NCBI GenBank assembly: GCA_963678315.1
Contig: OY782781.1
Coordinates: 2,528,001-2,592,000, forward strand
Reading direction: 5' to 3'
Source of the DNA: Candidatus Cloacimonadales bacterium
Lineage (GTDB): Bacteria; Cloacimonadota; Cloacimonadia; Cloacimonadales; JAFGVF01
DNA: 64,000 nucleotides
Position 1 is the stretch's first letter. Every line of letters begins with the position of its first letter. A program made the translations under genes and the position numbers. The notes below the pieces were generated by a model that saw only the letters and a list, made by a program, of their open reading frames with translations, was not told where the DNA came from and searched no databases. Below, in pieces: positions 48,156-58,659 of the stretch.

Positions 48156-49253
48156 TTATTTCAACCCAGATTTAGCTGTAGAAGCAATAATCTGTTTTTG
48201 TGCAATAAAGAATAGAAGCACAAGTGGTAATATACTAAATGTAGATGCTGCCATAAGCAGTGCAGTTTCTGAACCTGATTCTTGACTGAAAGAACTTAAA
48301 CCAACTTGTAAAACTCTTAAGTTCTCACTATCAGTCATAACTAATGGCCACATAAAGCTATTCCAAGATCCGATAATAGAGAATATTGATGCAGTGGCAA
48401 TCACAGGTTTAGAAAGAGGTAATACTATTTTCCAAAGAACGCCAAATCTACTACAACCATCAATAGAAGCGGCATCAAATAGTTCTTGTGGAATTGTTTT
48501 AAACTGTTGTCTAAATAAGAATATAGTAAATATGTTAGCTACCCAAGGCACAATAAGTGCGAAATATGTATCAACCAACCCCATTGTACTTAGTACAATA
48601 TAGGATGGAATTAAATATATAGGTTGGGGAACCATCATCATACTAACAAGTAAATAGAATAGAAAGTCTCTACCATAAAACTTCATTCTAGCAAATGCGT
48701 AAGCAGCAAGTGCTGAAGTAATAAGTACACCCAAAAGCGTAAATATTGCAACAATTATAGTATTTTTAAGAAGCATAGGAAAATCTACTTTTTCCCAAGC
48801 AGTTTTGAAATTAGAGAAGAAAGGTCTTACAAAGCTTTCATCAGTAATTTCATCTTTATGGACCATTTTATATTCAAGTTTAGATTCTTTAGATAAAGTA
48901 ACTTTCTTACTTGTGTTTATTATAGAACCATCTTCAGCGACTTTCTTTAAGTTTAACTCATAAGAAATGTCTCTATTAATATTTTCTGGATGCCTAATTA
49001 TACTTCCATCATCATTGAAAATACTTACCAGAACAGAGTCTCCAATTGCTAAAGCTCTGCTAGCTTTTCTATCAGTTCCATTATGTGTTATATGAGTTGA
49101 ATTATTATCCCAGTTAAAGCCGATATTTCCAGCATTAATTTCAGATTGATCTTTAAGAGCTGTATTTATCATCCATAAGAATGGTATAACCATTGTTACA
49201 CCTAAGACAACTAAAAGAGTATATATTAAAACACTATTTGGTGAAATCTTCAT
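48156..49253 (-). CDS. Carbohydrate ABC transporter permease (MalG-like) with ~100-aa loop insertion
   Basis: AAYAFAR, EAA-like DAASIDG, WNSFMWPL. Confidence 0.92.
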   Translation of the reverse strand: MKISPNSVLIYTLLVVLGVTMVIPFLWMINTALKDQSEINAGNIGFNWDNNSTHITHNGTDRKASRALAIGDSVLVSIFNDDGSIIRHPENINRDISYELNLKKVAEDGSIINTSKKVTLSKESKLEYKMVHKDEITDESFVRPFFSNFKTAWEKVDFPMLLKNTIIVAIFTLLGVLITSALAAYAFARMKFYGRDFLFYLLVSMMMVPQPIYLIPSYIVLSTMGLVDTYFALIVPWVANIFTIFLFRQQFKTIPQELFDAASIDGCSRFGVLWKIVLPLSKPVIATASIFSIIGSWNSFMWPLVMTDSENLRVLQVGLSSFSQESGSETALLMAASTFSILPLVLLFFIAQKQIIASTAKSGLK

Positions 49254-49262
49254 AATTATCTC

Positions 49263-50201
49263 CTATTCGTAAGTAACATGCTTTTCAAGTTTTCTTTGGA
49301 ATAGAGTTAATCCAAGAATCACAGCAAATAATAAAAGAGCTATTGCGTTAGCATAACTATAGTTACCGTCATTAAAACCAACATCGAATATATAATATAC
49401 AATTAAAGATGTTGTTCCGCTTGGTCCTCCGATTGGAGGTCCAGTCATTAAATATATCTGAGAAAAAGCTTGGAATGTTACAATTGTAGTCATCATTAAA
49501 ACATAGTAGGTTGTAGGTGAAACTAATGGTAATGTTATATTGAAGAATTGTCTTCTCTTTGAAGCGCCATCAATTGAGGCTGCTTCATAATAGTCCTTAG
49601 AGACATTCTGCAAACCAGCTAAATAGATTATGGTGTTATAACCAATGCTTTTCCATATAGTAACAATCATAACTGAGAAAAGAGCTAAAGAAGGTCCACC
49701 AGCCCAATCTGGTAAAGTTACTCCAAAATTATTAAACAAGAGTGTAAATATTCCTGTAGGTTCATTAAGCCATTTTAACGAATCAATACCAATTGTATTG
49801 AGAATATAATTTAATAGGCCACTTCTTTCTTGAAACATAATTTTCCAAACAATAGATACTGCTACCATTGAGGTAACGTATGGCAAGAAGTAAGCCGTTC
49901 TAAAAAAGCCCCTTAGTTTTTTAATATTATTTAATAATGTTGCAAAAAATAGTGATAAGACCACTGTTACTGGAACCACTATGGCAACAAACCAAATAGT
50001 ATTAGTAAATGATTGAATTAGTTCTTTATCTTTAAATAGCTCTATATAGTTTTCCAACCCAACAAAGCCACCAACTCCGCTTTGTTTCCAGTCAAAGAAA
50101 CTAATTACAAACGATAAAAATATCGGTAACAACCTAAATGCAAAGATGATTATCATTGCTGGTAAAATATACAAATATGGGCTTAATTTACTTCGCTTCA
50201 T
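49263..50201 (-). CDS. Carbohydrate ABC transporter permease (MalF-like)
   Basis: FVGLENY, YLAGLQ, YEAASIDGA; start moved to MKRSKL (ORF track 50270). Confidence 0.92.
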   Translation of the reverse strand: MKRSKLSPYLYILPAMIIIFAFRLLPIFLSFVISFFDWKQSGVGGFVGLENYIELFKDKELIQSFTNTIWFVAIVVPVTVVLSLFFATLLNNIKKLRGFFRTAYFLPYVTSMVAVSIVWKIMFQERSGLLNYILNTIGIDSLKWLNEPTGIFTLLFNNFGVTLPDWAGGPSLALFSVMIVTIWKSIGYNTIIYLAGLQNVSKDYYEAASIDGASKRRQFFNITLPLVSPTTYYVLMMTTIVTFQAFSQIYLMTGPPIGGPSGTTSLIVYYIFDVGFNDGNYSYANAIALLLFAVILGLTLFQRKLEKHVTYE

Positions 50202-50381
50202 ACCTTGTCCTATGTTTTTTTTCAAATATGTTTGATAGATATTTATTGTCAAATAATTTATACTTAACAATGGTTAAAGTAATTTTTTCTTGTTGCTAAA
50301 GATATATTTGGCTAAGCTAGAATACTACTCATTCAATCATCATAATTATAGTTTGTAAAGTTATTGTATGCTTCATCCATT

Positions 50382-50435
50382 CTTACCTCCTGCATTAAAT
50401 TAACTTTTTATGCAGGAGGCAAGCAAGGATGACCT
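50382..50435 (+). repeat. Palindromic repeat, family B' variant
   Basis: CCTCCTGCAT..ATGCAGGAGG followed by CAAGCAAGGATGACCT, like the family B tail CAAGTAAGGCTGACCT. Confidence 0.75.
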
Positions 50436-50510
50436 AAGAATTAAGACCTCACAATATTGTAAGGCCTTAAAATATTTATGTTGAGACTATGTTGATAATT
50501 TAAATAAATA

Positions 50511-51005
50511 TTAGATTTTTAGATGGTCAACATATTTTTTGGGTCCACCCTGCCTATATCCTGTTTTTTGGGTAACATTTCCTTCACTATCAGTAATTAG
50601 AATTGTTGGGAACCCTTGAACACCGTATTTCTTTAGGTATTTTTCACGTTCAGCCATTATTTCTGGTGGGACCATTGTTTTCCTAGGAAAGTCTAGTTTT
50701 AAAAGAACTAAATTGTCTTTTGCAAACTCAGCAAATCCTCTTCTTGAAAAAACTTCATCATCCAATTTGATACACCAACCGCACCAGTCAGAACCTGAGA
50801 AATTAATTAGAACCTTCTTATTTTCTTTCTTGGCAAGCGCCATTGCTTCATCATAATCTTCAAGCCATACTGATTCTACTTTTTCCATTGCAGGATCTAC
50901 TTTCTTAAGTTCTGCAGAATCACTAGCCATATTCTTTGCTTCGCTTTTACAAGAGCAAAAGATTAGGGGTAACAACAGTAGAATAAATCCATATCTTAGT
51001 TTCAT
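50511..51005 (-). CDS. Thioredoxin-fold lipoprotein
   Basis: FSGSDWCGWC, GFPT cis-Pro loop, lipobox-like FCSC. Confidence 0.9.
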   Translation of the reverse strand: MKLRYGFILLLLPLIFCSCKSEAKNMASDSAELKKVDPAMEKVESVWLEDYDEAMALAKKENKKVLINFSGSDWCGWCIKLDDEVFSRRGFAEFAKDNLVLLKLDFPRKTMVPPEIMAEREKYLKKYGVQGFPTILITDSEGNVTQKTGYRQGGPKKYVDHLKI

Positions 51006-51421
51006 ACTTCTTCCCCATTAACTAGAATTTTGGTTTCAATTTCACTAGCCTTTTTAAGCATAGCAGAAACTCCACAATATCTTTCTTCTGAAAGGTTTAC
51101 TGCTTTTTTTATCTTATCTACTGGAAGATTTGAGCCTTCGAAAACATAGTTCATATAAATCTTTTTGTAGTATTTCGGATGTTCTTCAGTCATATCTGCA
51201 TCCATTTCTATCCAGAACTTATAGTCTTCAACTTTCATTTTTTTTAGAATTGAAACAACATCCATACCTGTGCACCCAGAAAGAGCAGTAAGTAGAAGAG
51301 CTTTAGGTCTAGGACCTTGATCTTCCCCACCCACTTTATCAGTTGCATCTAAAATTACATGATGTCCATCGAGTTCAGAATCAAACATCATTTTGTTTTT
51401 CCAAGTAGTTTTTACTAACAT
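51002..51421 (-). CDS. OsmC family protein (YhfA-like)
   Basis: GPRPKALLL.ALSGCTGMDV, RYCGVS. Confidence 0.92.
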   Translation of the reverse strand: MLVKTTWKNKMMFDSELDGHHVILDATDKVGGEDQGPRPKALLLTALSGCTGMDVVSILKKMKVEDYKFWIEMDADMTEEHPKYYKKIYMNYVFEGSNLPVDKIKKAVNLSEERYCGVSAMLKKASEIETKILVNGEEV

Positions 51422-51429
51422 TATATCAT

Positions 51430-51885
51430 CTACCTCGTTTTTGTAAAGCCTTCCACAGATTTTCTAACAGCATCTCTATAGGTAACCAAAGAGCTGTAAA
51501 TTGTGTCTAACTTTTCTTTTTCTATATATGATAATGCTTCTATTTGATTTTCCAAAATTCTTTTAGATATTTTTTCAGATATTTCTTCACCTTTGCTAGT
51601 TAAATGTACAAACCACTTGCGACGATCTTCTTTGCTATTTACTCTAATTACCAAACCTTTAGCAACTAATCCATCTACAACTCTAGTAACTCTACTATAG
51701 GATACATGTAGGTATTTAGAAAGTTGATTCATGTTTTGATGTTCTTCTTGTGTGTGTAGAAATTGTAGTAATAAGCACTCAATAGAACCAACATGTTCAC
51801 AATATTTAAGATTCAAATCTCTAATTTTCAAATGATTAGTTAAATCGCTTAGCAGTTTCACAAATTTTAAAGCTTTTTTTTCCAT
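51430..51885 (-). CDS. MarR family regulator
   Basis: SRVTRVVDGLVAKGLV.R....DRR....LT.KG. Confidence 0.92.
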   Translation of the reverse strand: MEKKALKFVKLLSDLTNHLKIRDLNLKYCEHVGSIECLLLQFLHTQEEHQNMNQLSKYLHVSYSRVTRVVDGLVAKGLVIRVNSKEDRRKWFVHLTSKGEEISEKISKRILENQIEALSYIEKEKLDTIYSSLVTYRDAVRKSVEGFTKTR

Positions 51886-52186
51886 AACTCCTCCTGTATG
51901 GTAAACAATTTTCTTTCATTACTCAAATTTTATTTAACAATTTCATAAGATTTTTATTTGTAATATAAACTTGTGCCATATAGGTTAAAACATTCAAATT
52001 TACCTCAAACTGCACGCTTTTATTTTATTTCACAACAATCTTAATTAATTCAATTAAAATTCTTTCAAGATATAATTTTCGTTTCAATATGCATTTTAAA
52101 ACCTCAAATTTATTATTTTTTTCCTCAATATTTTGTAAAGGAAAATTTTAATTTTGTTTATTAATAGTGGAATAGCTAAATAATAT

Positions 52187-52214
52187 TTGACATTTTTAGC
52201 AAGTTTTTTAAATT
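52187..52214 (+). promoter_or_regulatory. Probable sigma70 promoter
   Basis: TTGACA-16 nt-TAAATT upstream of the GGAGG RBS. Confidence 0.45.
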
Positions 52215-52243
52215 CTTTAGAAAAGATTAATATGGAGGAGACA

Positions 52244-52648
52244 ATGAAATTAGTTTCTTTTGACCAAGTAGAATTAGAAGACGTAAATGTTGAGGGTGCT
52301 AAAGGTGCTCACATTAGATGGCTTATTTCTCAAAAAGATAATGCTCCGAATTTTGCATTAAGAATGTTCGAGATTGAAGTAGGTGGTCAAACACCTTTCC
52401 ATAAACATCCATGGGAACATGAAGTATTTGTTCTTGAAGGTAATGGAGCACTTGTAACAGACTTAGGAGAAAAAGAGTTTAAAAGATATGATGTAATATA
52501 CGTTGATCCTAGTACTAATCATCAGTTCAAGAACATTGGCGAAACTACAATGAAATTTTTATGTATAATCCCTCATGAACCATATAAAGTAGAAAATAAA
52601 AAGAAAGCAGTTAATCCATTTGCTAGTGGACAGGCTAACAACTGCTAA
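52244..52648 (+). CDS. Cupin domain protein
   Basis: PFHKHPWEHEVFVLEG, HQF; start moved to ATG after GGAGGAG. Confidence 0.9.
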   Translation: MKLVSFDQVELEDVNVEGAKGAHIRWLISQKDNAPNFALRMFEIEVGGQTPFHKHPWEHEVFVLEGNGALVTDLGEKEFKRYDVIYVDPSTNHQFKNIGETTMKFLCIIPHEPYKVENKKKAVNPFASGQANNC

Positions 52649-52664
52649 TAAATAGGAGTTAATT

Positions 52665-53738
52665 TTGGAAAACAATTTAAAAGAATTTTATAAAAGTATG
52701 GTTACAGCACAAAGTCCATCTGGCTTTGAATATGCTGGACAAAAAGCTTATTATGATTTCGTAAAAGAATACGCTGATACAATGCAAGTTGATATCAATG
52801 GCAATGTAACAGCTACTAAGAAGGGTAAATCTGATTTCTCAGTTATGATAGCAGGTCATGGTGATGAAATAGGATTTATGGTTAACTACATTGATAGTGA
52901 TGGATATGTCTATGTTAAAGTTATTGGTGGACTTGATGTAACAATTCTTCCAGGGTTAAGATTAAGCATTATCCATGAAGATCAAGTAGTTAGAGCTGTA
53001 ATCGGTAAGAAAGCAGCCCACATGGTTAAATCTGGAGATAAAGCTCCTTCAAAAATAGAAGAACTTTGGTTAGATATCGGTGCTAAGAACAAAGAAGAAG
53101 CTGAAAAAAGAGTTTCAATAGGTGATCCTGTTACTTTCACACCTGGCTATGAAGAACTTACTGATGATATAGTTGTTAGTAAAGCTGCTGACAACAAAAC
53201 AGGTGTTTTTGTTGCTGGACTTGTTCAATATTACCTAGCACAAATGGAAGAAAATGTGCTACCTACAGTTCATTCTGTTTCTACAGTATGTGAAGAATCT
53301 AATGGTAAAGGCGCATACACTGTTGCTGAAACATTAAAGCCTACTATCGGTATCGCAGTTGACGTTACTTTCGCAACCGATCATCCTGGTGTTGATAAGA
53401 AAGTTTGGGGTGAAGTTAAAATCGGTGGTGGACCTGTTATCGGAATGGGGTCTTCACTTAACCCTAAAGTATGGAAAATGCTCATTGAAACAGCTAAAGA
53501 GAATGACATTCCTTACCAACTAAGTGTTGATACTAACAGAACCGGTACTGATGCTGATTCATTCTTTAAACTAAATGGTGGTATTGCTACTTCTGTTATC
53601 TCAATTCCTAACAGATATATGCACTCTCCTAATGAAGTTATCTCACTTTCTGATTTAGAAAACACAGCAAAACTAATCTTCGAATTCATTAAGAAAATAG
53701 ATGAAGATATAGATCTTTATCCTTTCCACTTAGATTAA
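52665..53738 (+). CDS. M42 family metallopeptidase
   Basis: SPSGFE, GHGDEIG, ADNK, EE, GTDA, RYMHSP. Confidence 0.92.
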   Translation: MENNLKEFYKSMVTAQSPSGFEYAGQKAYYDFVKEYADTMQVDINGNVTATKKGKSDFSVMIAGHGDEIGFMVNYIDSDGYVYVKVIGGLDVTILPGLRLSIIHEDQVVRAVIGKKAAHMVKSGDKAPSKIEELWLDIGAKNKEEAEKRVSIGDPVTFTPGYEELTDDIVVSKAADNKTGVFVAGLVQYYLAQMEENVLPTVHSVSTVCEESNGKGAYTVAETLKPTIGIAVDVTFATDHPGVDKKVWGEVKIGGGPVIGMGSSLNPKVWKMLIETAKENDIPYQLSVDTNRTGTDADSFFKLNGGIATSVISIPNRYMHSPNEVISLSDLENTAKLIFEFIKKIDEDIDLYPFHLD

Positions 53739-53758
53739 TTAATGTTTATATAAATATT

Positions 53759-53789
53759 AAAGAGTGCAGATAATTACTGCACTCTTTTT
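53759..53789. terminator. Bidirectional terminator
   Basis: AAAGAGTGCAG-N7-CTGCACTCTTT. Confidence 0.8.
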
Positions 53790-53815
53790 ATATATAAAGT
53801 TTTACACTGTCAATT

Positions 53816-55651
53816 CTACTCTACAGTCACAGACTTAGCAAGATTCCTTGGTTGGTCAACGTCAAGCCCTCTCAAATCTGCTACATGATAAGCAAGTAAT
53901 TGCAGAGGTATAACTGAAAGAATCGGTTGTAATTCTGCTTCTGTTTTTGGGATTATAAGAACGTCTTCTGACATTTCTTGAAGCTGTTCATCCTCTTCTG
54001 TTATGACAGTAAACAATCTACCTTTTCTAGCTACCACTTCTTGCAGATTAGAGATAATCTTATCATACAGTTCATCTTGTGGAGCTATTGCTACTACTGG
54101 CATATTTTCATCTATAAGAGCAATTGGGCCATGCTTCATCTCAGCTGCAGGATATCCCTCAGCATGAATGTAAGATATTTCTTTTAACTTTAAAGCTCCC
54201 TCTAGTGCTACTGGATAATGAAGGTCTCTTCCAAGATACAAAGCATTATCTGAATCCTTAATTTTTTCTGCTATTGCAGCTATTTTATCATTAAGCTTAA
54301 GTATTTCATCTATCTTGGCGGGTAATTCTTTTAGACCACGAATCAGCCTCATTCCATCAACAGTAGAGATATTTCGCATTCTACCAAAGAGAAGTCCTAA
54401 AAGAGCTAGAATAGTCACTTGTGAAGTAAATGCCTTAGTAGAAGCAACGCCTATTTCTGCTCCAGCATAGATATACACCCCACCATCTGATTCTCTAGCA
54501 ATAGTAGAACCGATGCCATTTGTTATTCCCATAACCTTAGCACCCTTTGCCCCTGCTTCTCGCATGGCTGCTAGTGTATCAGCAGTTTCACCTGATTGAC
54601 TAACCACAAAGACAAGTGTATCATCTTCAATGATTGGGTTTCGATAGCGATATTCACTAGCATATTCAACTTCAACATGCATTCTTGCTAATCTTTCTAT
54701 GATATACTTGCCTAGCAAACAAGAATAGTAAGAAGTTCCGCATGCTAGCAGTTGAAGTCTCTTAACTCTTCTTAAGTCATGAGCTTGCATATTCAAGCCA
54801 TTTAGTCTAGCAGTAGCCATATCATCATATAATCTACCACGAAAAGCATGTCTGACCGTTGTTGCTTGCTCAAATATCTCTTTTAGCATAAAGTGTTTGA
54901 ATCCACCTTTTTCCACTGATGAAGCTTCCCACTCTACGGTTGATATTTCAGGATCAACAGCAACATTATCGAGTGTTTTAATTTCAAAGTTATCTTCTTT
55001 TATAGTGACAATTTCCCTGTCATTTAAGTAAATAACTCTATTAGTATGAGTAAGAATTGCATTAACATCAGAAGTTAAGAAATAAGCATCATCTGAAACA
55101 CCTAGAATAAGAGGTGAACCTTTTCTAGCTGCGATAATTTGCTCAGGACAGTCTTGGCATATTACGGCAATACCATAAGTACCTTCAACTAGTTTGAGGG
55201 CTGATTTAACAGCTTCTTCAAAATCACTTAGTTTATGATAGAAGTGTCCAATAACATGTGCTAATATTTCTGTATCTGTTTGACCTTCAACGAAGTCATC
55301 AAATCCAACAAGCTTGTCTCTTAGCTGTTTATAGTTTTCTATAATACCATTATGAACAACAGCAATTTTCTTATATTTATCATGATGAGGATGAGCATTA
55401 ATTTTGTTAGGTTCCCCGTGAGTTGCCCAACGTGTATGAGCTATAGCAATTTTAGAATAAGTCTCAGTTGGAGTAGGTAAACTTGATTCCATCTCAATTA
55501 TTTTACCTTTTTCTTTGAATATCTTCAGTTTATTATCATTACAAATTGCAATCCCTGAAGAGTCGTAACCTCTATATTCTAACTTTTTTAAAGCAGCTAA
55601 TACAATTGGAACTGCACTTTTCTTTCCTAAATATCCAACAATTCCACACAT
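53816..55651 (-). CDS. glmS: Glutamine--fructose-6-phosphate transaminase
   Basis: MCGIVG, HTRWATHG, SQSGETAD, PRNLAKSVTVE. Confidence 0.98.
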   Translation of the reverse strand: MCGIVGYLGKKSAVPIVLAALKKLEYRGYDSSGIAICNDNKLKIFKEKGKIIEMESSLPTPTETYSKIAIAHTRWATHGEPNKINAHPHHDKYKKIAVVHNGIIENYKQLRDKLVGFDDFVEGQTDTEILAHVIGHFYHKLSDFEEAVKSALKLVEGTYGIAVICQDCPEQIIAARKGSPLILGVSDDAYFLTSDVNAILTHTNRVIYLNDREIVTIKEDNFEIKTLDNVAVDPEISTVEWEASSVEKGGFKHFMLKEIFEQATTVRHAFRGRLYDDMATARLNGLNMQAHDLRRVKRLQLLACGTSYYSCLLGKYIIERLARMHVEVEYASEYRYRNPIIEDDTLVFVVSQSGETADTLAAMREAGAKGAKVMGITNGIGSTIARESDGGVYIYAGAEIGVASTKAFTSQVTILALLGLLFGRMRNISTVDGMRLIRGLKELPAKIDEILKLNDKIAAIAEKIKDSDNALYLGRDLHYPVALEGALKLKEISYIHAEGYPAAEMKHGPIALIDENMPVVAIAPQDELYDKIISNLQEVVARKGRLFTVITEEDEQLQEMSEDVLIIPKTEAELQPILSVIPLQLLAYHVADLRGLDVDQPRNLAKSVTVE

Positions 55652-55652
55652 T

Positions 55653-57767
55653 TTAATTTACCTCTTCTATCTTTTCAAAACCATTATTGATTTTGTATAT
55701 AAGTGCGTTTACTCCTACAAATATTGCTATTGCCGCAATCAATACCGATATAGACATTACATTAGTTCCTTCTAGGTACTTATTTATCATCTCTAAAGGT
55801 ATAAAACTCTGAGCTAAGAGAATACCAACAGCATTATTCAAGAAATGAGCTAGCATTGGCGAGAATATAGATTTTGTAGAATATAGCAAATATCCTAACC
55901 ATATACCTAACAGACTTATTGGTATTATTTTATAAACATCCAAATGGAAGATTGCAAACATTACCCCAGTTGCAATTATAGATAGCCATACTCCTTTCTT
56001 CTCAAAGAAGCGAGGCAATAATCCTCTAAAGAGGGCTTCTTCAAAAATGGCAGGAACTACAGCAATTACAAGTATAAGAATGTGTAATGGTGCATCTTGT
56101 CCAGACATTAAATCTACTAAAGCACCAAACTGATTTTCAGGTATTGGGAACAGTAAATCTACAAGTTTAGTTAACCATGCAGCAATAACTAACGCAGGAA
56201 TAGTAGCTATTGGGATAAGTAAGAAGTTAACAACTTTAGTCTTGTTATATCTTAAGAATCCTGCTGGACCTCCAAACAATGTATTTTGAATTTCATCTTT
56301 TTTCTTAGCATATAATGTTCTAACAAGAAGAAGTACTGGCAAACCTAATAATAGAATTTGAGATTTTACTAATCCTAGCATTAATTTAGATTGAACAACC
56401 TTGCCATCTACAAATCCCTCTCTTTGCCAAGAGAAGCCTATATAATACATTAACAAGATTGCTACAAAGTAAAGCAACATTCCCATTCCAGGATTTATAA
56501 GTTGGAATTTATTCTTTTTAAGTCCCTTGAAAGAAGTCTCGGTCTGTGTTCTAAAAAGAACATTTTCAGTATTAAAGACTTTAATTGTCATATATATTGC
56601 TATAATATTCAATAAGATAGTTGAACCTACTGTAACTCCAAAGTGTAAGTAGTTTACTCCAGAAAGCATTATTTCTTTGAATAGAAGTGCTATATTAATC
56701 ACTGGAATGAAAGCAATACCAATATTCATCTCAAAACCAGGGAACATGGAAATCATAGCTAACATCATAGAAACCATTATAATTGGACTTTCATAGCTTC
56801 TTGCTTCTTTCATGTTTCTTGAATATGTTGAGATAATTAAAAGTACTGCACTAAAGAAAAGAACTACAGGAAGTAGTGATAGCAGTATCCAAACAAATGC
56901 TGATACCGGAATATTTGCACCAATTGCTGAGACACCACTCTGTGACAGTAAGTGTTTAAATGAGAAGTACATACTTGCCATATTAACTACCACATTAACT
57001 AAACTAGCAGTTACAATAGTTAAGAACTTACCGACAACAATCTCATTCCTTGAAACAGCTGATACAAGCAAAGTTTCTAAAGTCTTTCTTTCTTTTTCAC
57101 CTGCTACTAAATCAGTTGCTACTACTGCCCCACCTGTAATTAATAGCATTATTAACAAGTATGGTAAGAACCTTCCCATTATCATACCCATCATTTGCTG
57201 AGATGAAGCTAAATTAACTTCTTCCTCATGGAATGGATTAAGGAAACTATCATCTAACTCTTTACCACTTAATTTATTAACTCTCACATGTAACAAATCC
57301 TTTTCAAACTTGCTCATGTGCTTTTTCAATTCTTTTAATGCCATTTCAGCTTTATCATCTGACCTATCATACCTAAACTGAAAATAATATGAGTTTGGTT
57401 GACTTGTAGATATTGAATCTAATCTAACAATGGCATGTATTGTACCATCTTTAATTAATGAATCAAGTTCTGTGCTATCAGGGTATATCTTTATATTTTC
57501 ATCTAATTCTAGACCATTTCTAATATTCGTGATTAAATCAATAGTTTCTTGATTTTCATAATTTTGTACATCAAAATTCTCTAAAGCTACAACTTTTGTC
57601 TCTTCTTGTAGCTTTTGTGTCTGACGTTGCATCAATGAAGAAGCTCCGATAAATATAAGAGGATAGAGAATAATTGGTAAGAGAATAGTTGAGAATAAGG
57701 TACGTTTATCACGATATAATTCTAACAACTCTTTGAGGTATATCTTTTTAATTTTATTCATGTTCAT
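55653..57767 (-). CDS. NatB-like ABC-2 permease fused to CPBP (CAAX/Abi) intramembrane protease
   Basis: AGEKERKTLETLL; FEEALFRG, FAIFH, AHFLNN; start moved to ATG after GAGGAGG. Confidence 0.88.
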   Translation of the reverse strand: MNMNKIKKIYLKELLELYRDKRTLFSTILLPIILYPLIFIGASSLMQRQTQKLQEETKVVALENFDVQNYENQETIDLITNIRNGLELDENIKIYPDSTELDSLIKDGTIHAIVRLDSISTSQPNSYYFQFRYDRSDDKAEMALKELKKHMSKFEKDLLHVRVNKLSGKELDDSFLNPFHEEEVNLASSQQMMGMIMGRFLPYLLIMLLITGGAVVATDLVAGEKERKTLETLLVSAVSRNEIVVGKFLTIVTASLVNVVVNMASMYFSFKHLLSQSGVSAIGANIPVSAFVWILLSLLPVVLFFSAVLLIISTYSRNMKEARSYESPIIMVSMMLAMISMFPGFEMNIGIAFIPVINIALLFKEIMLSGVNYLHFGVTVGSTILLNIIAIYMTIKVFNTENVLFRTQTETSFKGLKKNKFQLINPGMGMLLYFVAILLMYYIGFSWQREGFVDGKVVQSKLMLGLVKSQILLLGLPVLLLVRTLYAKKKDEIQNTLFGGPAGFLRYNKTKVVNFLLIPIATIPALVIAAWLTKLVDLLFPIPENQFGALVDLMSGQDAPLHILILVIAVVPAIFEEALFRGLLPRFFEKKGVWLSIIATGVMFAIFHLDVYKIIPISLLGIWLGYLLYSTKSIFSPMLAHFLNNAVGILLAQSFIPLEMINKYLEGTNVMSISVLIAAIAIFVGVNALIYKINNGFEKIEEVN

Positions 57768-58518
57768 GAGGAACCTCCTCACCATAAGTTTTATTGACAT
57801 AATGGATAAAGATATCATCTAAATCTTGGAGTTGTGTCTCTTCTCTAAGGAATTCTAAAGTACCTTGAGCCAAGAGTTTCCCCTTGTGTATCATTACAAT
57901 TCTATCTGCCAATCTTTCAGCTTCTCTCATTATGTGAGTTGAAAAAAGAACGCTCTTACCTTGGTCTTTGGTTCTCTTAATAAAATCAACAATATTCTTA
58001 GCTGTGAGAATATCCAAGCCTGAGGTTGGTTCATCAAGAATCATCACTGGTGGATTATGAATAATAGATCTTACAATTGATACCTTCTGCCTCATACCAG
58101 TAGAAAGAAAATCTATTTTTTTGTCCAAGAAAGAGTTCATATCTAGCATATCAGCTAATTCTTTAATCTTGCTGTCAGTCTCTACTCTAGAAAGACCATA
58201 TAGATCACCAAAATACCTCAAAAACTCTGTAACTTTTAATCGAGTATATAAACCTGTATCTCCTGACAAGAAACCTAAATTTCGTCTTACTCCATCTGCT
58301 TGTGTGACGATATCATAACCTTCAATCTCAGCAGAACCAGATGTTGGCTTAAAAACTGTAGATAAAATACGCATAGTAGTAGTTTTACCTGCCCCGTTTA
58401 CACCAAGCAAACATACAATTTCACCCTTCTGAACATCAAATGATAAATTATCTACTGCTGTAAATAACTCTCCATCTTTCTGAACAAACTTTTTTGTAAG
58501 ATTCTTTACTTCTATCAT
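57754..58518 (-). CDS. NatA-like ABC transporter ATP-binding protein
   Basis: GVNGAGKTT, LSTGMRQK, LDEPTSGLD, FSTH. Confidence 0.92.
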   Translation of the reverse strand: MIEVKNLTKKFVQKDGELFTAVDNLSFDVQKGEIVCLLGVNGAGKTTTMRILSTVFKPTSGSAEIEGYDIVTQADGVRRNLGFLSGDTGLYTRLKVTEFLRYFGDLYGLSRVETDSKIKELADMLDMNSFLDKKIDFLSTGMRQKVSIVRSIIHNPPVMILDEPTSGLDILTAKNIVDFIKRTKDQGKSVLFSTHIMREAERLADRIVMIHKGKLLAQGTLEFLREETQLQDLDDIFIHYVNKTYGEEVPHEHE

Positions 58519-58659
58519 AATTCCTCTTTGTTCATTATTTACTATATTTTTAGATATTTACTAATGTTGAATATTGTCAATATTTTTGTGGCTACTTCGA
58601 GGAATAAGCTCAGAAATATACTCTTTTATTAATTTCTACCGTTACCAGTCTACCTTCTT

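Noticed and set aside
55640..55700. glmS ribozyme
   Set aside because: glmS starts 1 nt after the upstream stop codon, leaving no leader.
55653..57767. Abi domain as phage defence
   Set aside because: The CPBP domain is fused to a NatB-like permease beside a NatA-like ATPase, a known transporter architecture with no defence context.
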